Shown here piece by piece: positions 19,150 through 30,700 of a stretch of DNA of 64,000 nucleotides (the first letter of the stretch is position 1; each line of letters begins with the position of its first letter). The notes beneath the pieces were generated by a model. The model saw only the letters and a list, made by a program, of their open reading frames with translations, was not told the origin of the DNA and searched no databases. This DNA is from Actinomycetes bacterium (GTDB lineage Bacteria; Actinomycetota; CADDZG01; JAHWKV01). The DNA lies in the NCBI GenBank assembly GCA_029263075.1, contig JAJCYE010000031.1:5340-69339 (forward strand), in the 5' to 3' direction. Position numbers and translations under genes: made by a program.

Positions 19150-19866
19150 TCAAACCCGGTTGGTAATTCTCTTGTCTACGAACTCGCCGAGACAGGTTCC
19201 GCCCATCGCGGCGGAGATGAAGTTCAGGTATTCCGGCTGCGACGGCTCCTGCGTGTGGTAGAAGCCGTTGAACGGAACATGTTTGTAGCAGATTCCTCCA
19301 TCGGGGATCGGCGTCACCAATTGGGGAAACGACGTAATCAAAAAGTACTGGGCGAGCCCGGGGGTCGCGTCACCGATCAACAGGCTCTTGGCGAACCAAT
19401 GAGTCGGGCAGCCATCCCCTCCCAGGAACACCGGAAGTTTACACATCCCGTTGTTCCCGTCCCCCCCGCCGTAGAGAACCACCTGAGACACCATGTCCTG
19501 AATGCCCAGGTACATCATGGCGAAGCGGCAACTCATTACGCTGGCGGACCAGCAGGCCAGGTTCACCTTGCCGGTGGCCGGCGCCAGTTCTTTGACCCGG
19601 TTGGCCGTCTTCAGCGCGGTCCGGAAGTTGGACTCTACGCCGTTGAACTCGTCGAAATAGTGGACCTGGTAGCCGTCGGCAATCAAACGGTCCCGCACCG
19701 GGATCAGGTCCTGAATTCCTTCGCCGAGCCCGGGGATCAAAATCACCGGGTATTTGGGCACCTGGGCCTTGGCGGGCGCGGCCAGCAGGAGGGCAGCGAG
19801 GCAAAGCGCACAGGACAATGCCGCTAAACGTTGCAGAAGCCCTGGATTGGCAATGGGGTACGACAC
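19150..19866 (-). CDS. secreted class-2-lipase-like alpha/beta-fold protein with atypical nucleophile elbow
   Basis: Signal peptide (LCLAALLLAAPAKAQ). PVILIPGLGEG...VNLACWSASVM aligns by eye with Bacillus LipA-type PVVMVHGIGG...VDIVAHSMGG. The elbow is C-W-S-A-S rather than A-H-S-M-G. GTG start is uncertain. Confidence 0.6.
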   Translation of the reverse strand: MSYPIANPGLLQRLAALSCALCLAALLLAAPAKAQVPKYPVILIPGLGEGIQDLIPVRDRLIADGYQVHYFDEFNGVESNFRTALKTANRVKELAPATGKVNLACWSASVMSCRFAMMYLGIQDMVSQVVLYGGGDGNNGMCKLPVFLGGDGCPTHWFAKSLLIGDATPGLAQYFLITSFPQLVTPIPDGGICYKHVPFNGFYHTQEPSQPEYLNFISAAMGGTCLGEFVDKRITNRV

Positions 19867-19960
19867 CGGGCCAGTCTACAACCTCCCCCGGCACCGGTCA
19901 GTAGGTGAGAATGGCCCAGAATAGATAAATCTGCCGGATGATGGGGAGAGGCCGCCGGGG

Positions 19961-21160
19961 CTATTTGAGCGTGGCCAGCCACTTCCAGATGGGTACGCTG
20001 CTGGACTGCACGGTGGCGTAATCGTAGAGGCTGCCGCCGATACCCACCGCGTTGGTCGCCGTGACGTACCCCTTCACCTCGTGCTCGGTGATGCAGTCCG
20101 CAATGCCGCCCACCGGGTGGATGGGACGGTCGGAACCCATGAGGTTGCGGGTCAACGAAACCACCTCCCGGATGTAGGCGTCGGCGTCGTACTGGGTTGA
20201 ACAACCTCCGTTCCTGCCTTTGGTCACCGACCAGTAAGCCATCGGAAGGACGACGTCGTAGTTCTGCGATATCTCGGCCCACGGGAAACCGGCGTGGCGG
20301 TCGGGGGCCCGCAGATTGTTCTTGGCGTCATCGACGATTGCGCCGAGCGCTACGTTGGGAAGCTGGGCCCGGAGGCGCCTGCTGTACTCGGCCACTCCGG
20401 CGTTGTACCGGGAGGCGCTACCCCCGACCTCCTCACGGGTCTCAATGTCGGGGGCGAAGCCGTCGAACTGGTGGCCGGAGGGCGACTTGTACTCCAGCAC
20501 CATGGTGCTGCGCCGCAGGTCACGGTCGATGTTGCCGAAACCGGGCACGTACCAGCCGACTACCTTGATGCCCTGTGCGTGGGCCTTCTCCAGAAACTGG
20601 TCGACCGCGCCGGCGTTCACGAGGTCGTTGGGGTCCTTCCACCGGCTGGTCTGCAGGTACAGCGTCTTGACGCCCCTCTTCGCCATCACCTCAACTGCGG
20701 CCGGGATGTTCATGGTGTCCCGGATGGCGTAGTCGTAGATGTCGACCCAGATCCCCAGACCCCGGTAGGGGTCGATGCTCGGCGTGCTCCGGGGGGCTGG
20801 CGCAGGGGCAGGGGCAGGGGCGGGGGCGGGGGCCACCTGGGGGGCCGCGGCCTCGGCCGGGGCAGGGGCAGGGGCCGGGGCGGCACCCGGTTCAACCGCC
20901 GGGGCGACCGGGAGTTCGGCAGCCGGGCTCGGGGGCGCCGGAGGCGGTTCCCGGCGCAACGGCACCAATTCGTCGTCCACGTCGATCACCTTGGCGGCTT
21001 GCGCCTTAGAGGCAATCGTCTCTTTTGCGTCGTTCATCGAAGCGCTCTTATCCAAGAACACCACGGACAAGCCTGCGAGGAGCAGGATGAGAAGACCGAC
21101 CACGATGGATGAGACCGCGGGCACTTTGTGGCGCGGCGAGCGCTGAGAGTGTTTTGGCAT
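19961..21160 (-). CDS. membrane-anchored Pro/Ala-rich protein with C-terminal TIM-barrel glycoside-hydrolase-like domain (family assignment tentative)
   Basis: N-terminal TM helix (VSSIVVGLLILLLAGLSVVF), (AP)n linker, then GIWVDIYDY...KTLYLQTSRW...GWYVPGF, which resembles GHL10/DUF4015-type hydrolase-like domains. Confidence 0.65.
   Translation of the reverse strand: MPKHSQRSPRHKVPAVSSIVVGLLILLLAGLSVVFLDKSASMNDAKETIASKAQAAKVIDVDDELVPLRREPPPAPPSPAAELPVAPAVEPGAAPAPAPAPAEAAAPQVAPAPAPAPAPAPAPRSTPSIDPYRGLGIWVDIYDYAIRDTMNIPAAVEVMAKRGVKTLYLQTSRWKDPNDLVNAGAVDQFLEKAHAQGIKVVGWYVPGFGNIDRDLRRSTMVLEYKSPSGHQFDGFAPDIETREEVGGSASRYNAGVAEYSRRLRAQLPNVALGAIVDDAKNNLRAPDRHAGFPWAEISQNYDVVLPMAYWSVTKGRNGGCSTQYDADAYIREVVSLTRNLMGSDRPIHPVGGIADCITEHEVKGYVTATNAVGIGGSLYDYATVQSSSVPIWKWLATLK
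20791..20880. repeat. low-complexity G-run tract on + strand (encodes the (Ala-Pro)n linker of the minus-strand gene)
   Basis: At least 10 runs of four or more G within ~90 nt (for example 20791-96, 20805-08, 20811-14, 20817-20, 20822-26, 20828-32, 20839-44, 20859-62, 20865-68, 20871-74). Confidence 0.8.
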
Positions 21161-21201
21161 GGGCAGGCCAGTCTACCCGAGTTAAGCGCAGTTACCTACA
21201 A

Positions 21202-21915
21202 CTAAGGCTGCTTAATTTCGACCTTTTCGATCGTCACCGTCTCAACCGGAATGGACTGCTCGCGACCTTCAGGTCCGGTCGTAGGAACGTTGTTCAACTT
21301 GTCGACGGTCTCCAGCCCCGAGACAACCTTGCCCAAGACCGCGTAGTCCGGGGTCAACCGGCTTGCGGCGGAGTCGTCCGGCACGATGAAGAACTGGCTC
21401 CCGGCAGTACCCGCTTCCTCGTTGTCCGCCTTCGCCATGGCCACGGTGCCCCTCACGTACTGAAAACCGTCGGGAATCGGGTCGATGGTTTTGGTCGGGG
21501 GACCTCCCAGCCCGGTACCTTCTGGGTCTCCTCCCTGGATGGCAAAGTCCTTGACGATCCGGTGGAAAATGAGACCGTCGTAGAAGCCGTCCTCCACCAT
21601 CTGAGTGAACGCGGCCACCACGTTGGGCGAGGTATCGGCCGCCAGTTCGATTTCAAGTTCTCCCTCAGAGGTGGTCATGACCGCCACCGGCTTGGGGGCG
21701 GAGGGGTCCGCAGGAGTCGCGCTGGCCGACGGTTCCGGAGAGCCGTTGTCCCGCCCGGTTACGAAAAGAACAAAGATCACCAAAAGTCCCGCCGCCAGTC
21801 CCAGGATCAAGCCCATGCGTCGCCGTCTGGCGAGGGCTTGTTTGCGCTGCTGCTCCAACTTCAAGCGGCGCATTTCCTTTTGGCGTTGGCGTTTCGGGTT
21901 CGGGACGTTATTCAT
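21202..21915 (-). CDS. membrane-anchored cyclophilin-type peptidyl-prolyl cis-trans isomerase
   Basis: FHRIVKDFAIQGGDP and GTVAMAK...GSQFFI cyclophilin motifs. Basic N-terminus plus a TM helix. Confidence 0.9.
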   Translation of the reverse strand: MNNVPNPKRQRQKEMRRLKLEQQRKQALARRRRMGLILGLAAGLLVIFVLFVTGRDNGSPEPSASATPADPSAPKPVAVMTTSEGELEIELAADTSPNVVAAFTQMVEDGFYDGLIFHRIVKDFAIQGGDPEGTGLGGPPTKTIDPIPDGFQYVRGTVAMAKADNEEAGTAGSQFFIVPDDSAASRLTPDYAVLGKVVSGLETVDKLNNVPTTGPEGREQSIPVETVTIEKVEIKQP

Positions 21916-22052
21916 CTTCGATAGCCTCCTGGAGCAACGCCCTCGGCGTCACCATTGACGAATGTCGACTGCGGGTGGCCGCCCCACCCTGAACTGTGGC
22001 CGCGCACTCCCGGCGAAGTCCGGTCGGCGACCTCTAGGCGTCCGAAGGGATT

Positions 22053-22991
22053 CTACTGTCCCGGCGGTCCCTGATCCTCCAGCCGCCCCATCATCTGCAA
22101 CACAAGGCCGTCGAGGATGTCCCTTTCGGACACCACCAAACGGTCGAATGACCATTTGTGCAGGATCCGGGACAGAATCGCGGCGCCGGCGACGATAACG
22201 TCCGCCCGGCCGGGCGGCAACAACGGGATCCGGGTTCGTTCGGCCAGTGTCATGCGGGCAAGATTTCGGTAGAGAGCATCCATGGGCTCACGACGGACAG
22301 AACTGCGGTCGACCGTGGCCTGGACATAGCTGTCGAGCCCCAGGTAGATAGCGGCAAGGGTGGTGACGGTCCCCCCGAGTCCTACGAATTCCACGCCCTC
22401 AGCCACCTGGAGTTGTTGAGCCTTCTCCAGCAGATTGTCGATTGCCGCCTCCATCAACAAAATCTCTTCGGTGGCGGGAGGGTCGGAGACGAGGTAGCGC
22501 TCCGTAAGCCGTACCGACCCCATGTCCAACGACACCCGCCCGGTGATTCCGGTCGACGGCGCACCCAGGACGAACTCGGTGGATCCCCCGCCTATGTCGC
22601 ATACCAGGCAACTGGAGGCGGTGAGCTCGCCGGTGGCTCCCCAAAACGACAGACGTGCCTCCTGATCACCGGAAAGGGCAAGGGCGGGAGACCCCGACAG
22701 CTTTTCGGCTGCCTGGAGGAACTCCAGGGAGTTCTGTGCGTCCCTCACAGCGCTTGTACCGGCAACCATGACCCTCTCCACCCCAAACTCGCCGCACAAC
22801 GAACAGAACTCGGCTATGGCCGCCAGGGTGCGTTTCATGGGCTCCGGTTGGATCACTCTTGCCGAGTCGACCCCCTCCCCGAGACGGGTAAAGGTGAAAC
22901 GACGATCCAGTTCCCGGTAGCCGGTCCCCTGCTCTTCGGCAATCAGTAGCCTGGTGGTGTTGGTGCCGACATCTATCGCAGCCAGCCTCAT
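22053..22991 (-). CDS. Ppx/GppA family exopolyphosphatase/phosphatase
   Basis: AAIDVGTNTTRLLIAE and DIGGGSTEF ASKHA-fold phosphate motifs. Sits in the conserved eno-ftsB-DUF501-ppx context. Confidence 0.9.
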   Translation of the reverse strand: MRLAAIDVGTNTTRLLIAEEQGTGYRELDRRFTFTRLGEGVDSARVIQPEPMKRTLAAIAEFCSLCGEFGVERVMVAGTSAVRDAQNSLEFLQAAEKLSGSPALALSGDQEARLSFWGATGELTASSCLVCDIGGGSTEFVLGAPSTGITGRVSLDMGSVRLTERYLVSDPPATEEILLMEAAIDNLLEKAQQLQVAEGVEFVGLGGTVTTLAAIYLGLDSYVQATVDRSSVRREPMDALYRNLARMTLAERTRIPLLPPGRADVIVAGAAILSRILHKWSFDRLVVSERDILDGLVLQMMGRLEDQGPPGQ

Positions 22992-23566
22992 ACGCAGGGC
23001 GTGTCCGGGTCTTGCCAGCCGAGTTCCTTGAGCACCTCGGCGCCCGCGGGGTTATCCCCGGATACAAGCTGGTGGGCGGTGTGGGCGTGCAGGCACTTCA
23101 CGCGGTCCGGACCGCCGCCCGGGTGAGCTGTGGGCCCAAGCTCATCCAAGCCATTGCGGCGGCGTACGTACTGTTCGGTCGACAAGCGCAGCCGCTCGTG
23201 GAACTCCGGGTCCTGTTCCAGCCTGCGATTGAGCCCCGCCATCCAACCGCCGGACTCCAGCGTTCCAATCGCCGAGGACAGCTTTTTGCAACTCAGCCAG
23301 TAAAGCGTGGGGAACGGCGTGCCGTCATCCAGCCGGGGATAGGTTTCCAGCACCTGCGGTTTCCCGCAGGCGCATCGCCGGGCAACGCACCATTGCCCGC
23401 GCGGGGCGCGGCCGAGCTGAGCTCTGACGGACTCGAAGTCCTGCTCTTGATTGGGGTTCACTTGGGGGATATTTTGCACCGGCCGGGGCGTGGCCGTGTG
23501 AATTGCGCTACTGGCGCTTGGAGTCCCGTTGCCTCCGGACGTCCGCCAAACGCTCCTGCGATTCAC
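22988..23566 (-). CDS. DUF501 domain protein
   Basis: CACGKPQVLETYPRLDDGTPFPTLYWLSC is typical of DUF501. The GTG at 23566 has GAAGAGG 7 nt upstream but overlaps the S1 gene by 59 nt, so the start is uncertain. Confidence 0.8.
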   Translation of the reverse strand: MNRRSVWRTSGGNGTPSASSAIHTATPRPVQNIPQVNPNQEQDFESVRAQLGRAPRGQWCVARRCACGKPQVLETYPRLDDGTPFPTLYWLSCKKLSSAIGTLESGGWMAGLNRRLEQDPEFHERLRLSTEQYVRRRNGLDELGPTAHPGGGPDRVKCLHAHTAHQLVSGDNPAGAEVLKELGWQDPDTPCV

Positions 23567-23873
23567 GCATGAACCTCTTCAGCTTGGCTTCGAACTCAGG
23601 GTCTCTGCCAGAGCGGGCCCGGGTGGACTGCTCTTCCCAGGACGGATCAGCCTGTTTGATAGACAGATCGATCTTCCCGTCCTCTTTGATGGCGACCACC
23701 TTGACGTTGACCTTGTCGCCTTCCTTGAGGTGCTCTTTGATGTCTTTTACGTAGTTGCGGTCGACCTCCGAGATGTGAACCAGGCCGGTTTCGCCTGCTC
23801 CAATCTGCACGAAGGCTCCGAAGTCCGCAAGACGCGTAACCGTGCCTTCGACAATTGCTCCTACTTCTGCCAA
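23508..23873 (-). CDS. S1 RNA-binding domain protein (YabR/GSP13-like)
   Basis: GTVTRLADFGAFVQIGAGETGLVHISEV S1 OB-fold signature, with a basic C-terminal tail. Confidence 0.88.
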   Translation of the reverse strand: MAEVGAIVEGTVTRLADFGAFVQIGAGETGLVHISEVDRNYVKDIKEHLKEGDKVNVKVVAIKEDGKIDLSIKQADPSWEEQSTRARSGRDPEFEAKLKRFMRESQERLADVRRQRDSKRQ

Positions 23874-23962
23874 TCAACCCCCCAAATTAGATGAGTCTTG
23901 AAATGAGTACTCCGCGAGCCTAATCCTACCCTGATAAGGGCAGAGAGGCACGACCTGGGAAA

Positions 23963-25626
<1,664 letters not shown>

Positions 25627-25872
25627 TTAACAGCGCCCGAGGCGCATATCGATGGTGGCGCAACCCGGCCCGGCAAGCCCTGTTTTGGACCGGGCAGAGG
25701 GACGAAGCGGGATCAGTGGCTGCTCGCAACGCCCTCCGGCGCCCGGCAACCGTCGGCGCTGGCGCGACTGCAGCGGCTTTCATCGTACGAGATACCGAGC
25801 GGAGGCGCAGCCAATCCCAAGGGGACGGCAGCCAAACCGGTAGCACCGGGACCGCCTAGAAGAGCCGGAGGC

Positions 25873-26583
25873 CTAACCGGCAGAGTCCTCCTGCGCCTGG
25901 GCCATCAGGCGGTTTGAACGACGGCGCAACGCCCCCTCCGGATCGATGCCGGCAGATCCCGCCAGAGCCACAACCTCCAACAACAAATCTCCAACCGACT
26001 CCTCGGTCACCCGGGTACCCATTCCCGCCGACAACTGCGCCAAACGCCCGGAGGACGCCCCAAAGTCATGGCCCACGCCGGACGCCCTGCGCAGCACCTT
26101 GTGGGCGTAAACCAGCGCCGGGAGTCCCTTGGGCAGGCCCTCATCGAGCGTTGTCCGACCCTTTTGCTGCTTCTTGAGGGTCTCCCAGTTGGCCACCACC
26201 TCGGCCGACCCCGCCACCTCGACCTCCCCGAATACGTGCGGGTGCCGATCCACAAGCTTTTTGACCAGGCCGTCAACCACATCGCCGATCTCGAACTGGC
26301 CGGTTTCCTGAGCAATCTCTGCGTGGAACACAACCTGCAACAGCAGGTCCCCCAACTCCTCGGCCATGTCGTGCATGTTGCCGGAGTCGATGGCGTCGAG
26401 GGTTTCATACGCTTCCTCCAGCAGGTGGACCGCCAGGGACCGATGGGTCTGCTCGGCGTCCCACGGGCAGCCGCCGGGAGCCCTGAGCCGAGCCATTATC
26501 GCCACCAAGCGCTCGAAGGCAGGACCGGCCCGTTCGGCGGCCTTAGAGTCGGGAAGGCCCGCAGGCACGCCCTCCCCGGTCAA
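25873..26583 (-). CDS. mazG: MazG nucleoside triphosphate pyrophosphohydrolase
   Basis: GCPWDAEQTHRSL, EEAYETLDAI and EELGDLLLQVVFHA MazG motifs. Confidence 0.92.
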   Translation of the reverse strand: MTGEGVPAGLPDSKAAERAGPAFERLVAIMARLRAPGGCPWDAEQTHRSLAVHLLEEAYETLDAIDSGNMHDMAEELGDLLLQVVFHAEIAQETGQFEIGDVVDGLVKKLVDRHPHVFGEVEVAGSAEVVANWETLKKQQKGRTTLDEGLPKGLPALVYAHKVLRRASGVGHDFGASSGRLAQLSAGMGTRVTEESVGDLLLEVVALAGSAGIDPEGALRRRSNRLMAQAQEDSAG

Positions 26584-26601
26584 GTTAGTGGGGATTGGGG
26601 G

Positions 26602-27702
26602 TTACGACGCCGCGGGCGATGACGCCGGGTTGGCGGAGTTCTGCGCCTGCTTAACCGTCTTGGGGATCACGGACTGGGAGATGGTGTCGAAGACGCCCAG
26701 CTTCGGGTTGACCTTGACCTGGGCCTCTTGCACCGCGTCGATCAGCCACTCCTCGAACGCAGCGTTGGCCTTTTGGGTTGCCAGGGCGTCGGCGATCTGC
26801 GGCTTGGCCTGTTCGAACGGGCGACCCACCGCCACCAGCTTGAGGACGTGAAAGCCGAAAGCGGTCTGGACCGGGTCCGAGATGTCGCCCGGCTGAAACA
26901 AGCTGAACGCCACCTCCTCCAGTTCGGGGACAACGTCGCCCCGGGAGAAGAAGTCAAGTTCGCCGCCCGCTTCTTTGCTGACCGAGTCAACAGAGAACTC
27001 CCTGGCCATTGCTCCAAAATCGTCTCCGTTGCGGGCTCGGTCTGCGATGTCGGCCGCCCGCTGCTGATCTGCTGGGCTAACAGCGCAGGTACGCTCCTCG
27101 GTATTGAAGTTGCCGCAGACCACGATGTGCGCCACCTTGACCTGCTCGTCGAACTGGGACTTGTTGAGCTGGAAGTACTGCTCGACCTCGGCGTCGGTGG
27201 CCTTTGCGTTTTTACCTACGGTGTCCCGCACCCGGGCCAGGATGCTGTCGTTGGCCAAAAAGCCTTTCAGCTCTCCCTCGGTCAGACCTTCGGTCTTGAG
27301 GGCTTCTTCAAAGGCCTTTTCGGTCTCGAAGCCGGATTTGATGTTCTCCAGGCGCCGATCGATATCGTCCTGGTCGGTTGTGATCTTCATCCGCCTCGCC
27401 ATCTGCAGGCCGACTTCCTGGCGGATCAGCTCGCTGAGGATTTCCCTCTGGGCGTCAAGGCGGTTGGCGGTTCCCTCGGGGCCTTTGAATACCCTGGCCG
27501 TGGACGGGTCCTTGACCACCGAACTCAGCCGGCTATTGATCCGGTTTTCGGCGATCTTCTGGCAGTTGACGGCCCCACACACGACTGCCGCAGTGGGGGC
27601 GAAGTAGCTCCCCTGCTCATCTAGGGTCGTCTCGCCCCCCCCGCAGGCGGCCAGGAACAGGGCGACCACAAGAAAGAGGGAAAGCTGGAGTCTGGATCTC
27701 AC
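26602..27702 (-). CDS. parvulin-type peptidyl-prolyl isomerase lipoprotein (PrsA/SurA-like)
   Basis: Lipobox LAACGGG. SurA-N-like region. PPIC rotamase core (VKVAHIVV...GGELDFFSRGDVVPELEEVAF...FGFHVLKL). Confidence 0.85.
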   Translation of the reverse strand: MRSRLQLSLFLVVALFLAACGGGETTLDEQGSYFAPTAAVVCGAVNCQKIAENRINSRLSSVVKDPSTARVFKGPEGTANRLDAQREILSELIRQEVGLQMARRMKITTDQDDIDRRLENIKSGFETEKAFEEALKTEGLTEGELKGFLANDSILARVRDTVGKNAKATDAEVEQYFQLNKSQFDEQVKVAHIVVCGNFNTEERTCAVSPADQQRAADIADRARNGDDFGAMAREFSVDSVSKEAGGELDFFSRGDVVPELEEVAFSLFQPGDISDPVQTAFGFHVLKLVAVGRPFEQAKPQIADALATQKANAAFEEWLIDAVQEAQVKVNPKLGVFDTISQSVIPKTVKQAQNSANPASSPAAS

Positions 27703-30700
27703 TGGGGATCGAGAATATCACGGAGAGTATCGAGAACCCACCGAGCGGTTTCGCCCGCCGGGACATTGAGCAGGAGCGTGCCCGAAACTTCCTTGTACAC
27801 GGCTCCAGAGTACTTGCGCCGCAGCCGAACCTGCTGCGAGTCCCGCAGCTCCGGCAGGGGCTTCAACTTCATCACGCCATTGCGAACAGCAGCTTCGGTA
27901 ATGCCCTTTTCGGCCAGATAGGCCCGCAGTTCGGCTACAAGGAGCAGCGTGCTCACCGGTTTGGGGACGGGGCCGTATCGGTCCGTAAACTCCTCGATCA
28001 AGGCAACGACGTTTTCCGGCGCCCGCACCTGCTCGATCTGGCGGTACGCCTCCATCCTCAGGGACTCCCGCTGGATGTAGTCGGCCGGGATGTAGGCGTC
28101 GGCCGGGATGTCCAGCTTCACCTGTAGCTTCGGCTCGGGCGACCGCCCGGTAAGTTCTTCAATGGTCTCGGTCATCATCCGCATGTAAAGGTCGAACCCA
28201 ACCGCCGCGATATGCCCGGACTGCTCGGCCCCCAGCAGGTTGCCGGCCCCCCGCAACTCAAGGTCCCGCAGGGCGATCTTAAAACCGCTGCCCAACTCGG
28301 TGAATTCGGAGAGGGTCTTGAGGCGCTCGTGGGCCTCGGCGGTCAGCACGGTTTCGTGAGGGTAGAAGAAATAGGCGTAGGCCCGCTCCCGGGCGCGTCC
28401 CACCCGGCCCCGCAACTGGTAGAGCTGCGACAGGCCCAGTAGGTCGGCCCGCTCGACGATCAGGGTGTTCATCGCCGGGATGTCCAGGCCGCTCTCAACA
28501 ATGGTCGTGCACACAAGGACGTCCACCTTGCCGTCCCAGACGTCGACCATGACCTTTTCCAGTTCACCCTCGGTCATCTGCCCGTGGGCGGTTTCCACCC
28601 GGGATCCAGGAACCAATGAGGCGATCCGCCGCGCCGCCGACTTGATGGAGCTGACCCGATTGTGGACGAAGAACACCTGGCCGTCGCGGGCCAGTTCCCT
28701 GCGGATCGCAGCGGTGACCATGCGGGCGTCGTAGTCGCCCACGAAGGTCATCACCGGGCGCCGGTCGGTGGGCGGGGTATCCATCAGGGACAGATCCCGA
28801 ATCCCGGTTACGCCCATCTCCAGCGTCCGCGGGATCGGCGTGGCGGTCATCGTCAACACGTCGACGTTTTCCCTGAGGTGTTTGATCTTCTCCTTGTGCT
28901 TAACGCCGAACCGCTGCTCCTCATCGACCACGAGCAGCCCCAGGTCGTGAAACTTCACGTCGCGTGCCAGCAGGCGGTGGGTGCCGACCACAACGTCAAC
29001 CTTGCCGGTTGCCATCTCCTCCAATACACCAGCCTGCTCGGCGGGAGTGAGGAACCGGGAGAGTTGAGCCACTTTCACCGGGAAGCCGGCGAACCGCTCG
29101 GAAAAGGTCTGGAAGTGTTGCTGGGCCAAGATGGTGGTGGGGACCAGAACGGCTGCCTGCTTGGAGTCCTGAACCGCCTTGAATGCAGCTCTCACCGCCA
29201 CCTCGGTCTTGCCGAAACCAACGTCTCCACACACCAGGCGATCCATCGGGATGGACTTCTCCATGTCCTGCTTGACCGCGTCGATTGCCCGCTGCTGGTC
29301 CGGGGTTTCCATATGGGGGAAGGCGTTCTCCAGCTCGGCCTGCCAGGGGGTGTCTGGGGAAAACCTGAACCCTTCCGCCCGGATCCGGTTGGAATAAAGC
29401 CGGATCAGGTCCTTGGCAATGTCCTGCACCGCCTTTTTGGCCTTGGACTTGGACTTCTCCCACTCGCCGGTTCCCAGGCGGTTGAGTTTGGGTGCATCGC
29501 CACCGGTGTACTTGGTGATGGCGTCGAGCTGCTCGGTGGGCAAATAGAGCTTGTCCCCGGCGGAGTAACTGATCACCAGGTAGTCCCGGCTGATGCCGGC
29601 AACCTCCCGGGTCAACATGCCGTGGTACCGCCCTACCCCGTAGGTGTCGTGGACCACAAAGTCGTCCGCCGCCAGTTGCAACAGCAAGGCGGAGGCCCGG
29701 GCCGGCACCTGAGGTCCGGAGGCGACCACCGGACGGCGCCGGCCGAACAGGTCGCTTTCTCCGACAACTGCCACCGGGGCCCCGCCCGGCAGGTTCAGCA
29801 AAAACCCCTTGCCGATGGAGTCTTCGGTAACCACGCCTTTGGCGAACTCCGGAGCGGCTATCGGCAGGCCCAACCCCGCGTCCGCCAAAATCTGCTGCGC
29901 CCGGGAGGCGCTGCGACCGGCGGCAACAACCACGCTGCCGTTGGCGGCCAGTACCCCCTGCAATTCGGCCACCAGGCGGTCGGGGCGGCCCATGTGTTCA
30001 TCCCAGCCGGATACATCCAGGTTCAACCCCTCTTCGCCCCGGCCGTAAGGCCAGAACTCCACTGTTTCGGCGTTGTCGGTGATTTGGGCCAGAGGCACGA
30101 ACAAACCCTGATTGTCCGGACCGACGGTTTGTGGCCCTGCCCAACCGGCGGCCTGCTCCAAGAAGTCGGCGCTGCGGTCGAGGATCTGCTTGGGATCGCA
30201 CAAGACCAACCGGCCTCCGTCGGGCAACAGATCGGTAACGGGCCTTAGGGGACCGGCCAGCATCGACAGGTAGGCCTCCATGCCGGGGAAGACGACACCC
30301 TCGGAAATCTTGGTCAAGTCGGCCACCAGGTCGGCGTCGTCTCCCGCGCCTTCCAGCAGCCCGGCCGCCCGCTTGCGAACCTCATCATTGAGGCGAAGTT
30401 CGCGGCAGGGACTGATCTCAATCGCCTTCAGGCGAGTTGCGCTGCGCTGGCTCGATACCGAAAAGCTGCGGAGGTCGTTCACCTCATCCCCGAAAAACTC
30501 GATCCGTATCGGATCTTTGGAGTCGGCGGGGAAAACATCCAGCAGGCCGCCGCGCACGGAGAACTCGCCCGGCCGCTCCACCAGGTAGTTGCGCTCGAAG
30601 CCGTAATCCACAAGCCGGGCAACCGTTTCGTCCAGGGAGACCTCGCAGCCGGCAGCAATTTCGATGGCGTCCGCCGGCGGTTGAGCAACCGCCTGAACCA

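Noticed and set aside
18277-19827. 516-aa ORF on the plus strand
   Set aside because: It is antisense to the methyltransferase and lipase-like genes. The minus-strand frames carry SAM-binding and alpha/beta-fold motifs and a signal peptide, while the plus frame has no protein-like motifs.
28662-30248. 528-aa ORF on the plus strand
   Set aside because: It is antisense to mfd, whose helicase motifs are unambiguous. It is a shadow ORF.
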